Assembly (NCBI RefSeq): GCF_004010195.1
Contig: NC_057749.1
Coordinates: 21,858,745-21,888,533, forward strand
DNA length: 29,789 bases
Source: Chiloscyllium plagiosum
Lineage: Eukaryota
Direction of reading: 5' to 3'
Shown here: positions 11,635 to 22,736 of the stretch, in pieces
Layout of the letters: every line of letters starts with the position of its first letter
How positions within the stretch are numbered: position 1 is the stretch's first letter
Made by a program: the position numbers and the translations under genes
The notes under the pieces: generated by a model
What the model was told of the DNA's origin: nothing
The model's input: only the letters and a program-made list of their open reading frames with translations
Database searches by the model: none

Positions 11635-11995
11635 TCCTGTTCCTTGTACAGGCCAACTTTATGTTTCTCACCAGCTTGAATCAATATTCTCTCTGTCCTT
11701 CCTCTATCAGTTTCTTGGTGCTCTTTTGTTGGATTCCAAATTGCTCCCAATCTTCAAGCTTACCATTTTCCCCGGGATCCTTATAAGCTGCTTCCTTTAA
11801 TCTGATGAGCCTTTTGCTAGCCTTGGTTATTACACCTTTCTCACTGAATATTAGAGCCTTAGACAGATGTATTTCAGTTTTAGACCATAATACTTCTTTA
11901 AATACTAGTTATTGTTTGTTAAACCTTATGATGTGCTTTCCTAATCCACCACAGCAAACTTGTCTTATGCTTTAATAGCTTGTTCAGATGAAACA

Positions 11996-12179
11996 GGGTC
12001 GAGATTAGAGTGGTGCTGGAAAAGCACAGCAGGTCAGGCAGCATCCGAGGAGGAAGAAAATCAACGTTTCAGGCAAAACCCCTTCCTGCTCCTCGGATGC
12101 TGCCTGACCTGCTGTGCTTTTCCAGCACCACTCTCATCTAGACTCTGATCTTCAGCATCTGCAGTCCTCACTTTCGCCC
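11996..12179 (+). mobile_element. Inverted Penelope-like pLTR-only insertion
   Basis: Hairpin arms plus tail; perfect 15-bp TSD tgttcagatgaaaca at 11981-11995 and 12180-12194. Confidence 0.88.
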
Positions 12180-12350
12180 TGTTCAGATGAAACACCCGAG
12201 TTTAAGAATGAACAAGATCATATTCAAACTTAAAGTGAAAGTTGATCATGCTATGGTCACTATTTCACAGAGACACCCTTACAGCAAGGTAATCTATTAA
12301 TCCTTTCTCATATGTAACTTAGCCCAAACCCTGGTTGGTTCTTCAACATA

Positions 12351-12925
12351 CATAGCAACAGGAGTAGGCCATTCAGTCCCTCAAGCCTGCTCTGCCATTC
12401 AATGAGATCATGGCTGATCTGTGACCTAATTCTGTACACCTATCTTCGGCTCATATCCCTGAATACCATTGCTTAACAAAATGTTTTCTATCTCAGATTT
12501 AAAATTAATAACTGATTTAGCACCAACTACTGTTTATGGACGAGAGTTCCAAACATCCATCACACTGTCTGTAGAAGTGTTTCCTAACATCTCTCCTCAG
12601 TGGCCTGGCCCTAATTCTCAGACTATACCCCTCTAGTTCTAGAATCGCAAACCAGTGAGATAGTTTATCTACCCGTCTTTTCCTGTTAACATCATGAAGA
12701 CTTTGATCAGATCATTCCTGAACCTTCTAAATTCTAGAGAACACAGACCTGGTTTGTATAATCTCTCTTTTTAACTAAACCCGCGGAGTCCAGGTATCAT
12801 TCTTACACAGTATTCCCATCAAGGACAATATATCCTTCCTAAGCTGTGATGTTGCGATTTGTTCACAGTGCTCCAAGTGGGCTTGAACCAGGGTTTTGTA
12901 TAGATGCAGCATTATTCTACACTAT
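12351..12925 (-). mobile_element. CR1 LINE 3' end
   Basis: caggagtaggccattcagtccctcaagcctgctc is the reverse-complemented tail, followed by ORF2 C-terminal remnant. Confidence 0.8.
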
Positions 12926-13339
12926 AAACTCAGCTGATGCACACCCCAGGAACTCATCCTCCGCAACATTAGGGTTACATTTGTATTAGAGTTGCCAAGT
13001 ACTGCTGTTGTATCCATATTAGATGCATCTTTAGCTTTCAGATTGTTACTGTATCCAAATACTGGAAGATGAGGAAAGTAGAAAATAAAGCAGCACCTCT
13101 TCCCAACTCACCACACTTGAATTTTCTCACTCGGTCGGGCTCCCTGTACGACTTGTATCTAAACCTCTGTATTTGTACTTTTTGAAACTGAGGCTCCAGA
13201 AACAAGATGGAACTGGTTAACTGATTAACTAATTAGCTACTGTGCAGTAGAGCCTGTCTATCCATAACCAAGATGATTTTAGCTTTAGTTTAACTAATCT
13301 ACTTTACCTTCCTAGTTTACTTTACTTTAGTCATCTCCT

Positions 13340-13585
13340 TTACTTCACAAAATTATCAGGTTGTGAAATGCAATTTGTCTACGATGGATTAGGGAACTAC
13401 ATTCAAAGATATGATGATAAACAAGCTGCGGTTGACATTTAAAGAAGTTTATAACAAAAAATGCTTTCCTTTAAAATCCCAGAAAATAAAGTGTGAAATC
13501 ATTGCTAATAAAATCAATGAAAAGGCCTTTAAAATTGCAACAAAATGGTAAACCTCGGGACTGGGAATATTTTAGAATTCTGTCT
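13340..13585 (+). mobile_element. Old CR1 ORF2 linker-region fragment
   Basis: Degenerate similarity to the 360-650 region of the first CR1 (gatt-gggaa..ttcaaag..gacatttaaagaa..ctgggaatattttag). Confidence 0.45.
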
Positions 13586-14169
13586 GCAATTAAGGGGAGG
13601 GTCATGTTGTTGTGTGGCATATCTCACCCCTACAATATGTGCCAGCAGTGAATGTAGTGAACACATGGCATTATGCTGCTAGCAACCAGCCATGTTAAGG
13701 GAATCCAAGGCTAAGGGAATGGTCCTCTCTATAGTCAATGGAGACACCGTCAATCAGGGATCCCAACACAGACAGGCAAAAGCTGCCTCAAGGCCAGGTG
13801 TTTGGTCAGGCCAATCTTGGTCCTCCGCAGGAAGTGGGGTCATGGTTTGCCCTGTGACTCTGTAGTGGCCATTCCGAGAAGGTAGGTGGGATAGGGCTAA
13901 CACAATCAGGGAACAGTTTCGGCAAGAGACAGGGGAGATGAGCCCTTCTTGTTTGGGTTTTGTCCTGTTAGGTCACTCAGCAGGCCATGGTCAGTCTGTT
14001 GGGTTCATCCAATAAAAGTAAGGGCGCGGCTGGGGGGAGGGAAGAGGACCAATGCTGAAGGAAGGAGGTGGGGGAACATGATTGGATTGGAGGGTACAGG
14101 TTGGGAAGCAGGGAGCATGAAGTGGAACACTCTGTGTAGAAGTGGGGATACGACAGAGCATGAGGGACC

Positions 14170-14295
14170 ATTAGACCATAAGATATAGGAGCCGAATTAG
14201 GCCATTCAGCCCATCAAATCTGCTCCACCATATGATCATGGCTGATATGTTTCTCAATCCTATTCCCCTGCCTTCTCCCTGTAACCCTTGACCTC
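14170..14295 (-). mobile_element. CR1 3' tail fragment
   Basis: gaccataagatataggagccgaattaggccattcagccc...gtaacccttga. Confidence 0.75.
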
Positions 14296-14864
14296 TGATC
14301 AGGGCACCCTGGCTTCCAAGTGGACTGTGTATAACCACACCTGGCATGGTCAGTTCACATGCCAGTGGTTTAGTGAGGAAAGGCGGGCAGGTGCAACCTT
14401 AAACTGAAGGGTTGAGTGGGAACGGGAAAGGTGTGAAGCCTATGGGGCTGATGGAATGGGCTACCAGAAAGGGGATGTTTATGCCTGATGGGTCTCACTG
14501 ACTCTAAGAGGGGAGCCAGGAGGCACTTCCCAAGGAGTGCTTACTATCACATTCCATCATCCTGCCAATCACAATGCATAGAGTTTGGCCTGCACTCAGG
14601 CTGGGCAGGGTAGGTGCCATGAGCTGTGAGCCAGTGGGGAGGATGTTCTACAAAATCCAGTGGGGGGGCTCTTCAAAGGGCACCAACATCACACACACAG
14701 AGCTCTAATCTGCAGAGGACCACACCATGGGGCTCCCCATTCCTGATGTCTCATATGCGTCAGCTCACTGTGTGCAGTACATCTCCCTGCCCCACACAGG
14801 GCTGACCATTTCATACGAGACCAGCCCTTTGGCCACTGAGACCAGTGATGTAACAGCAATGACT

Positions 14865-15350
14865 GGGCGGCACGGTGGCTCAGTGGTTAGCACTGCTGCC
14901 TCCCAGCACCAGGGATCCAGGTTCGATTCCATCCTCAGGCGACTGTCTGTGTGGAGTTTGCACATTATCCCCGTGTCTGCGTGGGTTTCCTCCGGGTGCT
15001 CTGGTTTCCTCCCACAGTCCAAAGATGTGCACGTTAGATGGATTGGCCATGGTAAATTGCTGATAGTGTTCAGGGATGTGTAGGTTAGGTGCATTAGTCA
15101 GAGAGACAGTGAGGACTGCAGATGCTAGAGATCAGAGTCGCGAGTATGGTGCTGGAAAAGCAAAGCAGGTCAGCAGCATCAGAGGAGCAGGAAAATCAAC
15201 ATTTTGGGCATAAGCTCTTATTCAGCATTAGTCAGGGGTAACTGTAGAGTAATAGGGTAGGGGTGTGGGTGGGATACTCTTCTGAGGGTCAGTGTGGACT
15301 TGTTGAGCCTAATGACCTGTTTCTACACTGTAGGGATTTATGATTCTGTG
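14865..15350 (+). mobile_element. HE1-type SINE carrying a Penelope-like insert
   Basis: gggcggcacggtggctcagtggttagcactgctgcc head; body resumes after 15235. Confidence 0.92.
15102..15224 (-). mobile_element. Single-arm Penelope-like pLTR insertion
   Basis: Tail plus arm ending at a degenerate hammerhead; perfect 11-bp TSD gcattagtcag at 15091-15101 and 15225-15235. Confidence 0.85.
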
Positions 15351-15957
15351 ACTGTCCTGGAGAGATGGTGCCTAGTTTCCAGAGCCCCTTCCAATTGCTG
15401 TTGACCCCTTCACTGGCACAGCAGTTTCATTGCTCTGTGATTTCTCAGGCATGGATCACGATAGCTACCCTTATTTAGGGCTATTACAGTAGTGGCTAGA
15501 CAGGGACACAGATGGTATGGAGCAGTGCATATCCATTTACAAACATGAGCACTAATATACAGTGCAATGACATCCATGCCACCAACCTGCCCTGATATGG
15601 TCATCTTTCTTTCCTTCCCACTCAGTCTCCATGCTGTTCCTGGTCTCCACAGTCAAGGTGTTTGGACACTGTGCTAGAGATTTGGTCAGTGATGCTGGGT
15701 GTCTCGAGGGCCCAGGCATATTGAGTGTCTCATTGTCAGGTACAGGGGGGCTCTTCTTCGCATGAACTCCCAGAGACTGGAGGGTGACAGGTAGTGGCGT
15801 TCCTGGAGAATGTGGGGGAATCTGTGTGGAAAGTCCCCCTGCTGTGGGCCTGCTGACGCTGTCCTGCCTCCTGGTGAGGAAGGGACAATGAGACTGAGGT
15901 TCAGGTTCCCTTGTCACCTTGTTGTTGGTCCTGAGGATTAAAGACTAGAGCAATTTG

Positions 15958-16290
15958 GGTGGCACAGTGGCTCAGTGGTTGGCACTGCTGCTTCATGGCA
16001 CCAGGGACCTCGGTTCAATCCCATACTCGGGCGACTGACTGTATGGAGTTTGCACATTCTCCCTGTGTCTGCGTGAGTTTGCTTTGGTTTCCTCCCACAG
16101 TCCAAAGATGTACAGGTTAGGGTGGATTGGCCATGCTAAATTGCCCACAGTGTTCAGGGATGTGTAGGTTACATGCATTAGTCAGGGGGAAGGGGAGGGG
16201 AATGGGTCTGGGTGGGATACTCTTTGAAGGGTTGGTGTGGCCTTGTTGGGCCAAATGGCCTGTTTCCACACTGTGGGGATTCTATTCAAT
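15958..16290 (+). mobile_element. HE1-type SINE
   Basis: Complete head, core and tail. Confidence 0.92.
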
Positions 16291-16456
16291 GGAGCATAGG
16301 TTTGTTTGCATATCAAACAGGCTCCCAGAGTGCTGGATGTGGCTTTCCAACCTGTCCATGGAGACGCCCAGAAAGCTGCAGTTCTGAGGGAGCTGAGATC
16401 CTGTAGCTACAGTAATGCAGTATCTGTGTTTGAAGGCCATTGCCTCCCACACACCT

Positions 16457-17352
16457 GATTGGTCCCCAGCTGTGGACCATTAACACTGATGGTCCAATCA
16501 TGGAGCTGTGGGCTGCTAACCCTAGTAGGTCCCTGCATGGAGTTAGAGGTCATTAATCCTTGTGATTCAGCACACAGCTGTGGGACACTTACTCTGGTGG
16601 TCTTAGCGTGGAGCTGTGAGACACTAACCATGTTAGTCCCAGCACAGAACTGCGGGCTACTAAGCTTGGTGGTCTGAGGATAGTAACCTTGGTGGTCCCA
16701 GCATGGAGCTGTGGAACACTAGCCCTGGTGGTCCTAGTGTGGTGCTGTGGGGCACTAACCTTGGTGGTCACAGCATGGAGCTTTGGGACACTAACCCTGG
16801 TTGTCACAGCATGGAGCTTTGGGACACTAAACCTGGTGGTCCCAGCACAGAGCTGTGGGACACTAACCCTGGTGGTCCCAGCATGGAGCTATGGGACACC
16901 AATCCTGGTGGTCCCAGCACAGAGCTGTGGGACAATTCTGGAAAAATTTACAAGGATGTTGCCAGGGTTGGAGGATCTGAGCTTTAGGGAGAGGCTGAAC
17001 AGGCTGGGGCTGTTTTCCCTGTTGGATGGGTATATGAATAGGAAGGGTTTGGAGGGATATGGGCCAGGTGCTGGCAGGTGGGACTAGATTGGGTTAGGGT
17101 ATCTGGTCGGCATGGACGGGTTGGACCGCAGGGTCTGTTTCCATGCTGTACATCTCTATGACTTTATGATTCTATGACACGAACCCTGGTGGTCCCAGCA
17201 TGGAGCTGTGGGACACTAACCTGGTGGTCCCAGCATGGAGCTGTGGGATACTAACATGGTGGTCCCAGCATGGAGCTGTGGGACACTAACCTGGTGGTCC
17301 CAGCTTGGAGCTGTGGGACACTAGCCCTGAAGGGACCCAGCACAGAGCTGTG
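16457..17352. repeat. 35/36-bp minisatellite (ggtggtcccagcatggagctgtgggacactaaccct), roughly 18 units, interrupted by a CR1 fragment
   Basis: Unit starts at 16691, 16727, 16763, 16799, 16835, 16871, 16907 (period 36) and 17188, 17223, 17258, 17293 (period 35). Confidence 0.95.
16935..17177 (+). mobile_element. CR1 3' fragment with internal deletion, inserted in the minisatellite
   Basis: KFTRMLPGLEDLSFRERLNRLGLFSL joined directly to LDGYMNRKGLEGYGP and the tail. Confidence 0.9.
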
Positions 17353-18368
17353 AATAGATGAGGAGAGCTGGTGCCTGGTTGTCTTCCTTGAGCAGAAGTG
17401 CTGCTGAGGGTCATCATTGGAAGTTGGGGACTGCAGTCCGTGTCGGGTGCAGTGAAGTGGAGCCTGGGGCAGCCTCCAGCTGGCTGCAGGATTACAGAGA
17501 AACAGCGGGAACTGTCGGGTTTCTCAGTTGTGCTGAATGTGCAGGCTGCCAGGTCTGCTCCTGGTACATTTGTACATTTCAGCAGCTTAATACATCCAAG
17601 TGGCTGACTGTACTTAATTGAGCAGAAAATCATCGAGAAATGGGATGATACTGATTGACAAAACACAGCGTGGTTTTGCACAGAGCTGTTGATTGCTAAG
17701 AGACCCTGACATTTCCAACCTAACAGCAGCTGTTAATAAACAGGGCTAGACAGAGAGATGATTATTTATCCAGTTGAGGATTTCAGTTAGGTGCTTGCAC
17801 AGAATAGCAGCATCGATTACATGGGATTCTGTACTGGCAGGGAGTTACTTGTGATCTCAGCATCATTGCTGTTACCCTAGGTTAGAAAGGGATTAGTGCT
17901 GTCTAACCTTTCACTTGTTCACTGACGTCTACAAGTGTCTGATGTCTACAAGAGTCAAAGACAGCCCAATGCCATATCCCACCTATTGATTTCAGCCAAC
18001 ACAGCTGGCCATCGGTGACATTAGATGGTAGGCCTCACCCACGTTTTGCTGCCTGAGGTACAATCTTCACCCTGCAGGCCACAGGATGATGATGCCTGTT
18101 TCAAGGATTTCCCCAAATTTATGTCGAAAAGGTACTGTCACAGAACCTGCAACGTAGGACTGGTTATGGAGGCACGTATACAAATCTTACCACGGTAACT
18201 TGGGAAATTTAAAGTCAGCTGAATAAACTTGCATTGCTGTGACTCCTGCAGTACAGGAGTACCAATATCTCTAAGCCAAACAAACCTTGGGTTCAAGTTC
18301 CCACACGTGTGAGTAGGTGTGTAATAACATCTCTGAACAAGTGATTAGAACATATCTGAATCAATATT

Positions 18369-18693
18369 GGGACAGCATGGTGGCTCAGTGGTTAGCATTG
18401 CTGCCTCTTAGCACTAGGGATTTGGGTTCGATTCTACTCTTGGGCGAATGTCTATGCGAAGTTTGCACATTGTCCCCAAATTTGTGTGCGTTTTCTCCAG
18501 GTGCTCTGGTTTCCTCTTGCAGTCCAAAGATCTACAGGTTAGGTGGGTTCGCCATGCAAAATGCTCATAGTGCACAGCCTAGGTGGGTTAGCCATGGGGA
18601 ATGCAGGGTTACAGAGATATGGTGGGTTTGATGGGGTGCTCTAGAGGGTTGGTAGGGCTGAATGGCCTGCTTCCACACTGTGGGGATTCTATG
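18369..18693 (+). mobile_element. HE1-type SINE, diverged
   Basis: gtggctcagtggttagcattgctgcc head, core, tail. Confidence 0.85.
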
Positions 18694-18819
18694 AACGTTG
18701 GTAACCCTGGACCTGGCAGATTGTCATACTGTTTAATTATTGTCTTTCAGAGAAGGAATACTGCCATCTTGAATGGTCTGGCCTACATAATGCTAGACCC
18801 TCAGTGAAATTCTGAAGAC

Positions 18820-19067
18820 TCAGGCGACTGACTGTGTGGAGTTTGCACGTTCTCCCCGTGTCTGCGTGGGTTTCCTCCCGGAGCTCCGGTTTCCTCCCAC
18901 AGTCCAAAGATGTGTAGGTCAGGTGAATTGGCCATTCTAAATTGCCCATAGTGTTCGGTAAGAGGTAAATGTAGGGGTATGGGTGGGTTACACTTCGGCG
19001 GGGCGGTGTGGACTTGTTGGGCCGAAGGGCCTGTTTCCACACTGTAATGTAATGTAATCTAATCTAA
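18820..19067 (+). mobile_element. 5'-truncated young HE1-type SINE
   Basis: CpG-rich core; tail gggccgaagggcctgtttccacactgtaatgtaatgtaatctaatctaa. Confidence 0.9.
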
Positions 19068-19069
19068 AA

Positions 19070-19197
19070 TGGTCATACTGCACTCAGAAGTTAACTCTGT
19101 TTTGTCTCTCCACAGAATTATCCCTGACCTGCTGAGTTTGTCTAGCAGTCCCTGCATTTGTTTCAGATTTCCAGCATCCACATTATTTTCCTTTTGT
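19070..19197 (+). mobile_element. Old Penelope-pLTR-like repeat
   Basis: gttaactctgttttgtctctccacag..gacctgctgag..gatttccagcatcc. Confidence 0.6.
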
Positions 19198-19471
19198 ATC
19201 ACAGTAATATAGTCCATCCTTAACAGTCCTGTAGACTGACCCAGAAAAGCCATCCAATTGTATCAAACCGTCTGAAAAATGTTCATTAAGAAAATATCGA
19301 GTCTGACTACCCAACAATGAATAGGGTATCAGAAATGACGAGGGAGCTTCCTGCCCAGTTGGACCCGCAAAATCCTAGCTCATAAACCTTTCCTATCCAT
19401 ATACCTGTTCAAATGTCAAAAAAATGTTATAATTATACCCTCCTCTACCACTTCCTCTGGCCACTTGTTCC

Positions 19472-20431
19472 TGAAATAACTCCACGAAGGCTGGTATCCC
19501 TTAATCAAGTCATCCTTTATTTGCACGTGTGTATTACATAACACTTAGCTTAGAGCCAGCTCATAGTGTGAACAGAGCTCCTGACACTCCTGTTTCTATC
19601 TGTCAGCTCAGGCTCCCTGATCGGACCAGATTAACAGCCCCAATCAGGGAACTCATATTCTATGACGTCAACCTGGCTGACCTTGTTACAATTGTTATGA
19701 AGATGTAAGGGGATACTGTAGCTTTAAGAAAGTTGAAGGATTTAGTAGGCACACAGAGTGCTGGAGAATTTACAATGTAACATTTGGTCCAGCGGGTCAC
19801 AATACTTGGGTTGCTAAGAGACAAAAATCAAATTCAAACTCAGCCAATCAGTTTAAATTATACCCCAAGATACTAAGCTCTAATCAAGTTTGAATTTAGT
19901 ATTTTGACAATATTAAAATCAATGAACTGATCCAGTGCTTTGGGGGTATAAGACTGGGAAAAATTGCACAGCTGGGGGAGAACTGCCAAGCCACCAACCA
20001 TATGCAGACTGCCTACAGAATAGCTCTCTTAAAGGTACCTTTATCTATCAATGACCTGTGATACATGATCCCTAAAAAGAAGGGAACAAGATGGAGTAAG
20101 ATACAAAGAGAAGATTTGACAGCTGGCTGGTTTTGAAATTTGAATTTTTTGGTAAATTTTAATCTTAATCGGGGATTTTATCAGACCAGTGTTATAGAAG
20201 GGAAAGTAAAAGATAGGTTAGAGAAAGACGTTGTACATGGTTGTCAGTTAATTATTCTCTGTTAGACCTTTTTTAAAAAATAAAGTTGTTAAGTTTTACT
20301 TTAAATCGTGACCTTTGGGGTAGTTTTGTATTTTGAATTTTAACAGATTATAGCATGGGTTAAACCATTTCTGCGCTGCTGGTTTAAATTAGCGGGGGTG
20401 GCTTACCCCGTGTCATAACACAATCACTACA
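19472..20431 (-). mobile_element. Solo LTR A (~230 bp once the inner LTR is removed)
   Basis: TG...CA termini, aataaa on the minus strand (~19516-19521), 5-bp TSD gttcc at 19467-19471 and 20432-20436. Confidence 0.85.
19693..20420 (+). mobile_element. Solo LTR B (728 bp), probably Gypsy-type
   Basis: Terminal inverted repeats tgttatga/tcataaca, 4-bp TSD caat at 19689-19692 and 20421-20424, CCAAT, tataa and aataaa in order. Confidence 0.9.
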
Positions 20432-21349
20432 GTTCCATACGTGCATCACCCTCTGCGTGAAAAGTTGCCCCTCAGGTCCCTTTTAAATCTTTCCCCTCTC
20501 ACCCTAAACCTATGCCCTCTAGTTCTGGACTCCCCCACCCCAGGGAATAGACTTTGTCTACTTATCCTATCCATTCCCCTCAGGATTTAAAAAAACCTCT
20601 ATAAGGTCACCCCTCAGGCTCCAACGCTCCAGGGAAACAGCCCTAGTCTATTCAGCCTCTCCCTATAGCTCAAATCCTCCAACCCTGGCAACATCCTTGT
20701 AAATCTTTTCTGAACCCTTTCAAATTTCACAACATCCTGCCATTAGGAGGGAGACTAGAATTGCACACAATATTCTAAAAGTGACCTAATCAATGTCCTG
20801 TACAGCTGCAACATGACCTCCCAACCCTTATACTAGTTGAATGCCCCTACCCTGGGGAAAAGACCTTGCATGGCTTTAGAGCGAAGGGATTCCTGTGGAC
20901 GATCCTAATGCAGTTCTGCTTTCTACAGCTGCAGTAAACTAACGATTTTGTCCGTGTGAAAATGTGCAAGTTGAAATTCCTGTGTGTGAAACTGACAGTT
21001 GATTGCTCAGATTTCCTTCCATTGGACTAAGGGAGAGGGTCATCATCTATGGTTTGATTACTGAATCACCGGTTCGTTGCAAACGTATAGAGTCAGGCCT
21101 AGCCTGATTAATGTTAACAGTGCCCATGTTGGCAAAACCCATTCGTTTTGTCAAAGTACAGTCCGCAAACCACTCGTTCAAAACAATCCAAAGGGTTTTA
21201 CGAACAAGGGCACTGTTCTTGTTAATCAGCTTTGCGAAGAGAATACGTTTATTACACATGACTTAATACGTGGTTACATCTAAAAGCCATGCATGTCCTT
21301 TCTAACTCTTCAGCTGCACTTGAAAGGAAGCAGGCGTTACTGCTACTGA

Positions 21350-21562
21350 GTCTAGATGAGAGTGGTGCTGGAAAAGCACAGCAGGTCAGGCAGCATCCGA
21401 GGAGCAGGAAAATCAACATTACGGGCAAAAGCTTTAATCAGGAAGTGGTTTTGCCGGTAATGCCAATTTTCCTGTTTCTTGGATGCTGCCTGACCTGCTG
21501 TGCTTTTCCAGCACCACTCTAATCTTGTCTCTGATTTGCAGCATCTGCAGTACTTTCGCCCA
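21350..21562 (+). mobile_element. Inverted Penelope-like pLTR-only insertion
   Basis: Hairpin arms plus tail; 13-bp TSD ttactg(c/t)tactga at 21337-21349 and 21563-21575. Confidence 0.85.
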
Positions 21563-22169
21563 TTACTGTTACTGAAATATTCTGGCGTATAAACTCAAGA
21601 AATAGGAACAGGCCATTCAGTCCCTCACAACTGTTCTGCCGTTCAATAGATCTGACATTCCTCCCATCCACTTTCCTGTCTTTTTCCTGCAACCTTTGAT
21701 TCCCATAGTTGTACTCATAACAACCCAGCTGGACAACTAGTTAACTCCTCCCAAGAATAGCCCTTTTTGGATACATTCTCATCAATCTGTTCAGAAATAT
21801 TTTCACACAGCAGGTCGAACAATGAACTCAGGTCTCCTGGGTCAGAGGCAGGGACATTACCATGGTGCCACAGGAGCTCCTAACAGTCCATTGTATCCTA
21901 ATGGGCAGAGCATGTCTTGTGATGTCAGCTAACCCTCTCAGTTGCTAACTCCCTTAAACAACAATTGGCACCTTCATGTGTCGAAGAGACTGTCTCTCAC
22001 TCTTTTTAAACGCTAGGGAATGTGCGCTCAATTGATTCAGACTGTATTATAGAACAATGCTCTCATCCCAGCTAACAATCTCCTGAACGTTTACTGGATC
22101 ACCTCCAGGGAAAATATATTCTACCTTAAAGATGGAGTCCAAAACCTTTTAACAAAACCAACATGTGTG

Positions 22170-22515
22170 TCTCTGGCATTGCCAGCACTTATTGTCCATC
22201 CCTAACTGTCTGTGAACTGAATCATTTGTTCGGTCATTGCAGAAGGCGGTTCAGTGACACCCACCTTAATGTGGTCTGGAGTCACATGTAGGCCGGAGCA
22301 GGCAGGCTCAGCAGATTTCCTTCCAGAAAGTCATCCAGAGGTTGTTAAATAACTGTCAGCAATATTTTCACAGTCACCGTTACTAAAGACCACTTTCAAT
22401 TCCAGTTATTAATTGAATTTAAATTCCAAACTTGCCGTGGGGAGATTTGAACCCAAGACCTCAGAGCATTAACTCAGGCCATTGGATGGCAAGTCCAATA
22501 TCAGTATGATGGCAT
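22170..22515 (-). mobile_element. Second tRNA-head SINE family, diverged
   Basis: Reverse-complement similarity to 9872-10215 (ggagtcacatgtaggcc, gatttccttcc, gatttgaaccc). Confidence 0.65.
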
Positions 22516-22736
22516 CTTCTGTCCACCAAAGCACTGGTTGTTTGTAGTATAGCTTCCCTACTATGTGCAAGCAGGCCACTCGGCCCATTGAGGCCACACC
22601 GACTCCAAGCCTCCTCCGCTATTCAAAATGATCATGGCTGATCCATGATCTCGACGCCATATCCCTGTTTTCTCCCCATGATGTCTTTAACATCTAAAAA
22701 TGTATCTATCTCTTTCTTGAGCGTCTCTACCTAATT

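Larger units (their letters stand above)
11145..11641. mobile_element. Inverted (head-to-head) Penelope-like 3' ends spanning an assembly gap
   Basis: Arms ~11223-11365 and 11504-11646 are reverse complements with 2 visible differences. TSD ccttgtacagg at 11134-11144 and 11642-11652. Confidence 0.88.
10640..12350 (-). mobile_element. Old CR1 ORF2 fragment (endonuclease end to RT start), interrupted by Penelope-like inserts
   Basis: Minus strand VEEPTR..NSDHSMI near 12350-12240 and LHPRELKEV..GKVPADWKVANV..SYRPV at 10848-10640. Confidence 0.8.
19385..20835 (-). mobile_element. CR1 3' region (pieces ~19385-19471 and 20432-20835) interrupted by nested solo LTRs
   Basis: Removing 19472-20436 rejoins ...cttcctctggccacttgttcc|atacgtgcatcaccctctg..., the reverse complement of the CR1 segment seen at 28930-28980. 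Confidence 0.9.

Noticed and set aside
11996..12179. Hairpin insertions as pre-miRNAs or MITEs
   Set aside because: Asymmetric tail, variable long TSDs and hammerhead motifs fit Penelope-type retro-insertion better; there is no expression evidence.
14865..14935. tRNA genes at ggctcagtggttagc...ggttcgattcc motifs
   Set aside because: These are tRNA-derived heads of HE1 SINEs, continuing into the SINE core and tail in every copy.
16689..17087. 132-aa ORF as a repeat-containing protein
   Set aside because: Artefact of the 36-bp period fused in frame to a CR1 fragment.
16457..17352. CRISPR-like array (36-bp partly palindromic repeats)
   Set aside because: Units are directly adjacent with no unique spacers, there are no cas genes, and the context is vertebrate repeat DNA.
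3428..18631. Recurrent ORFs MAQWLALLPHS... and ...CCWKSTAGQAAS... as a gene family
   Set aside because: Translations of SINE and pLTR repeats.
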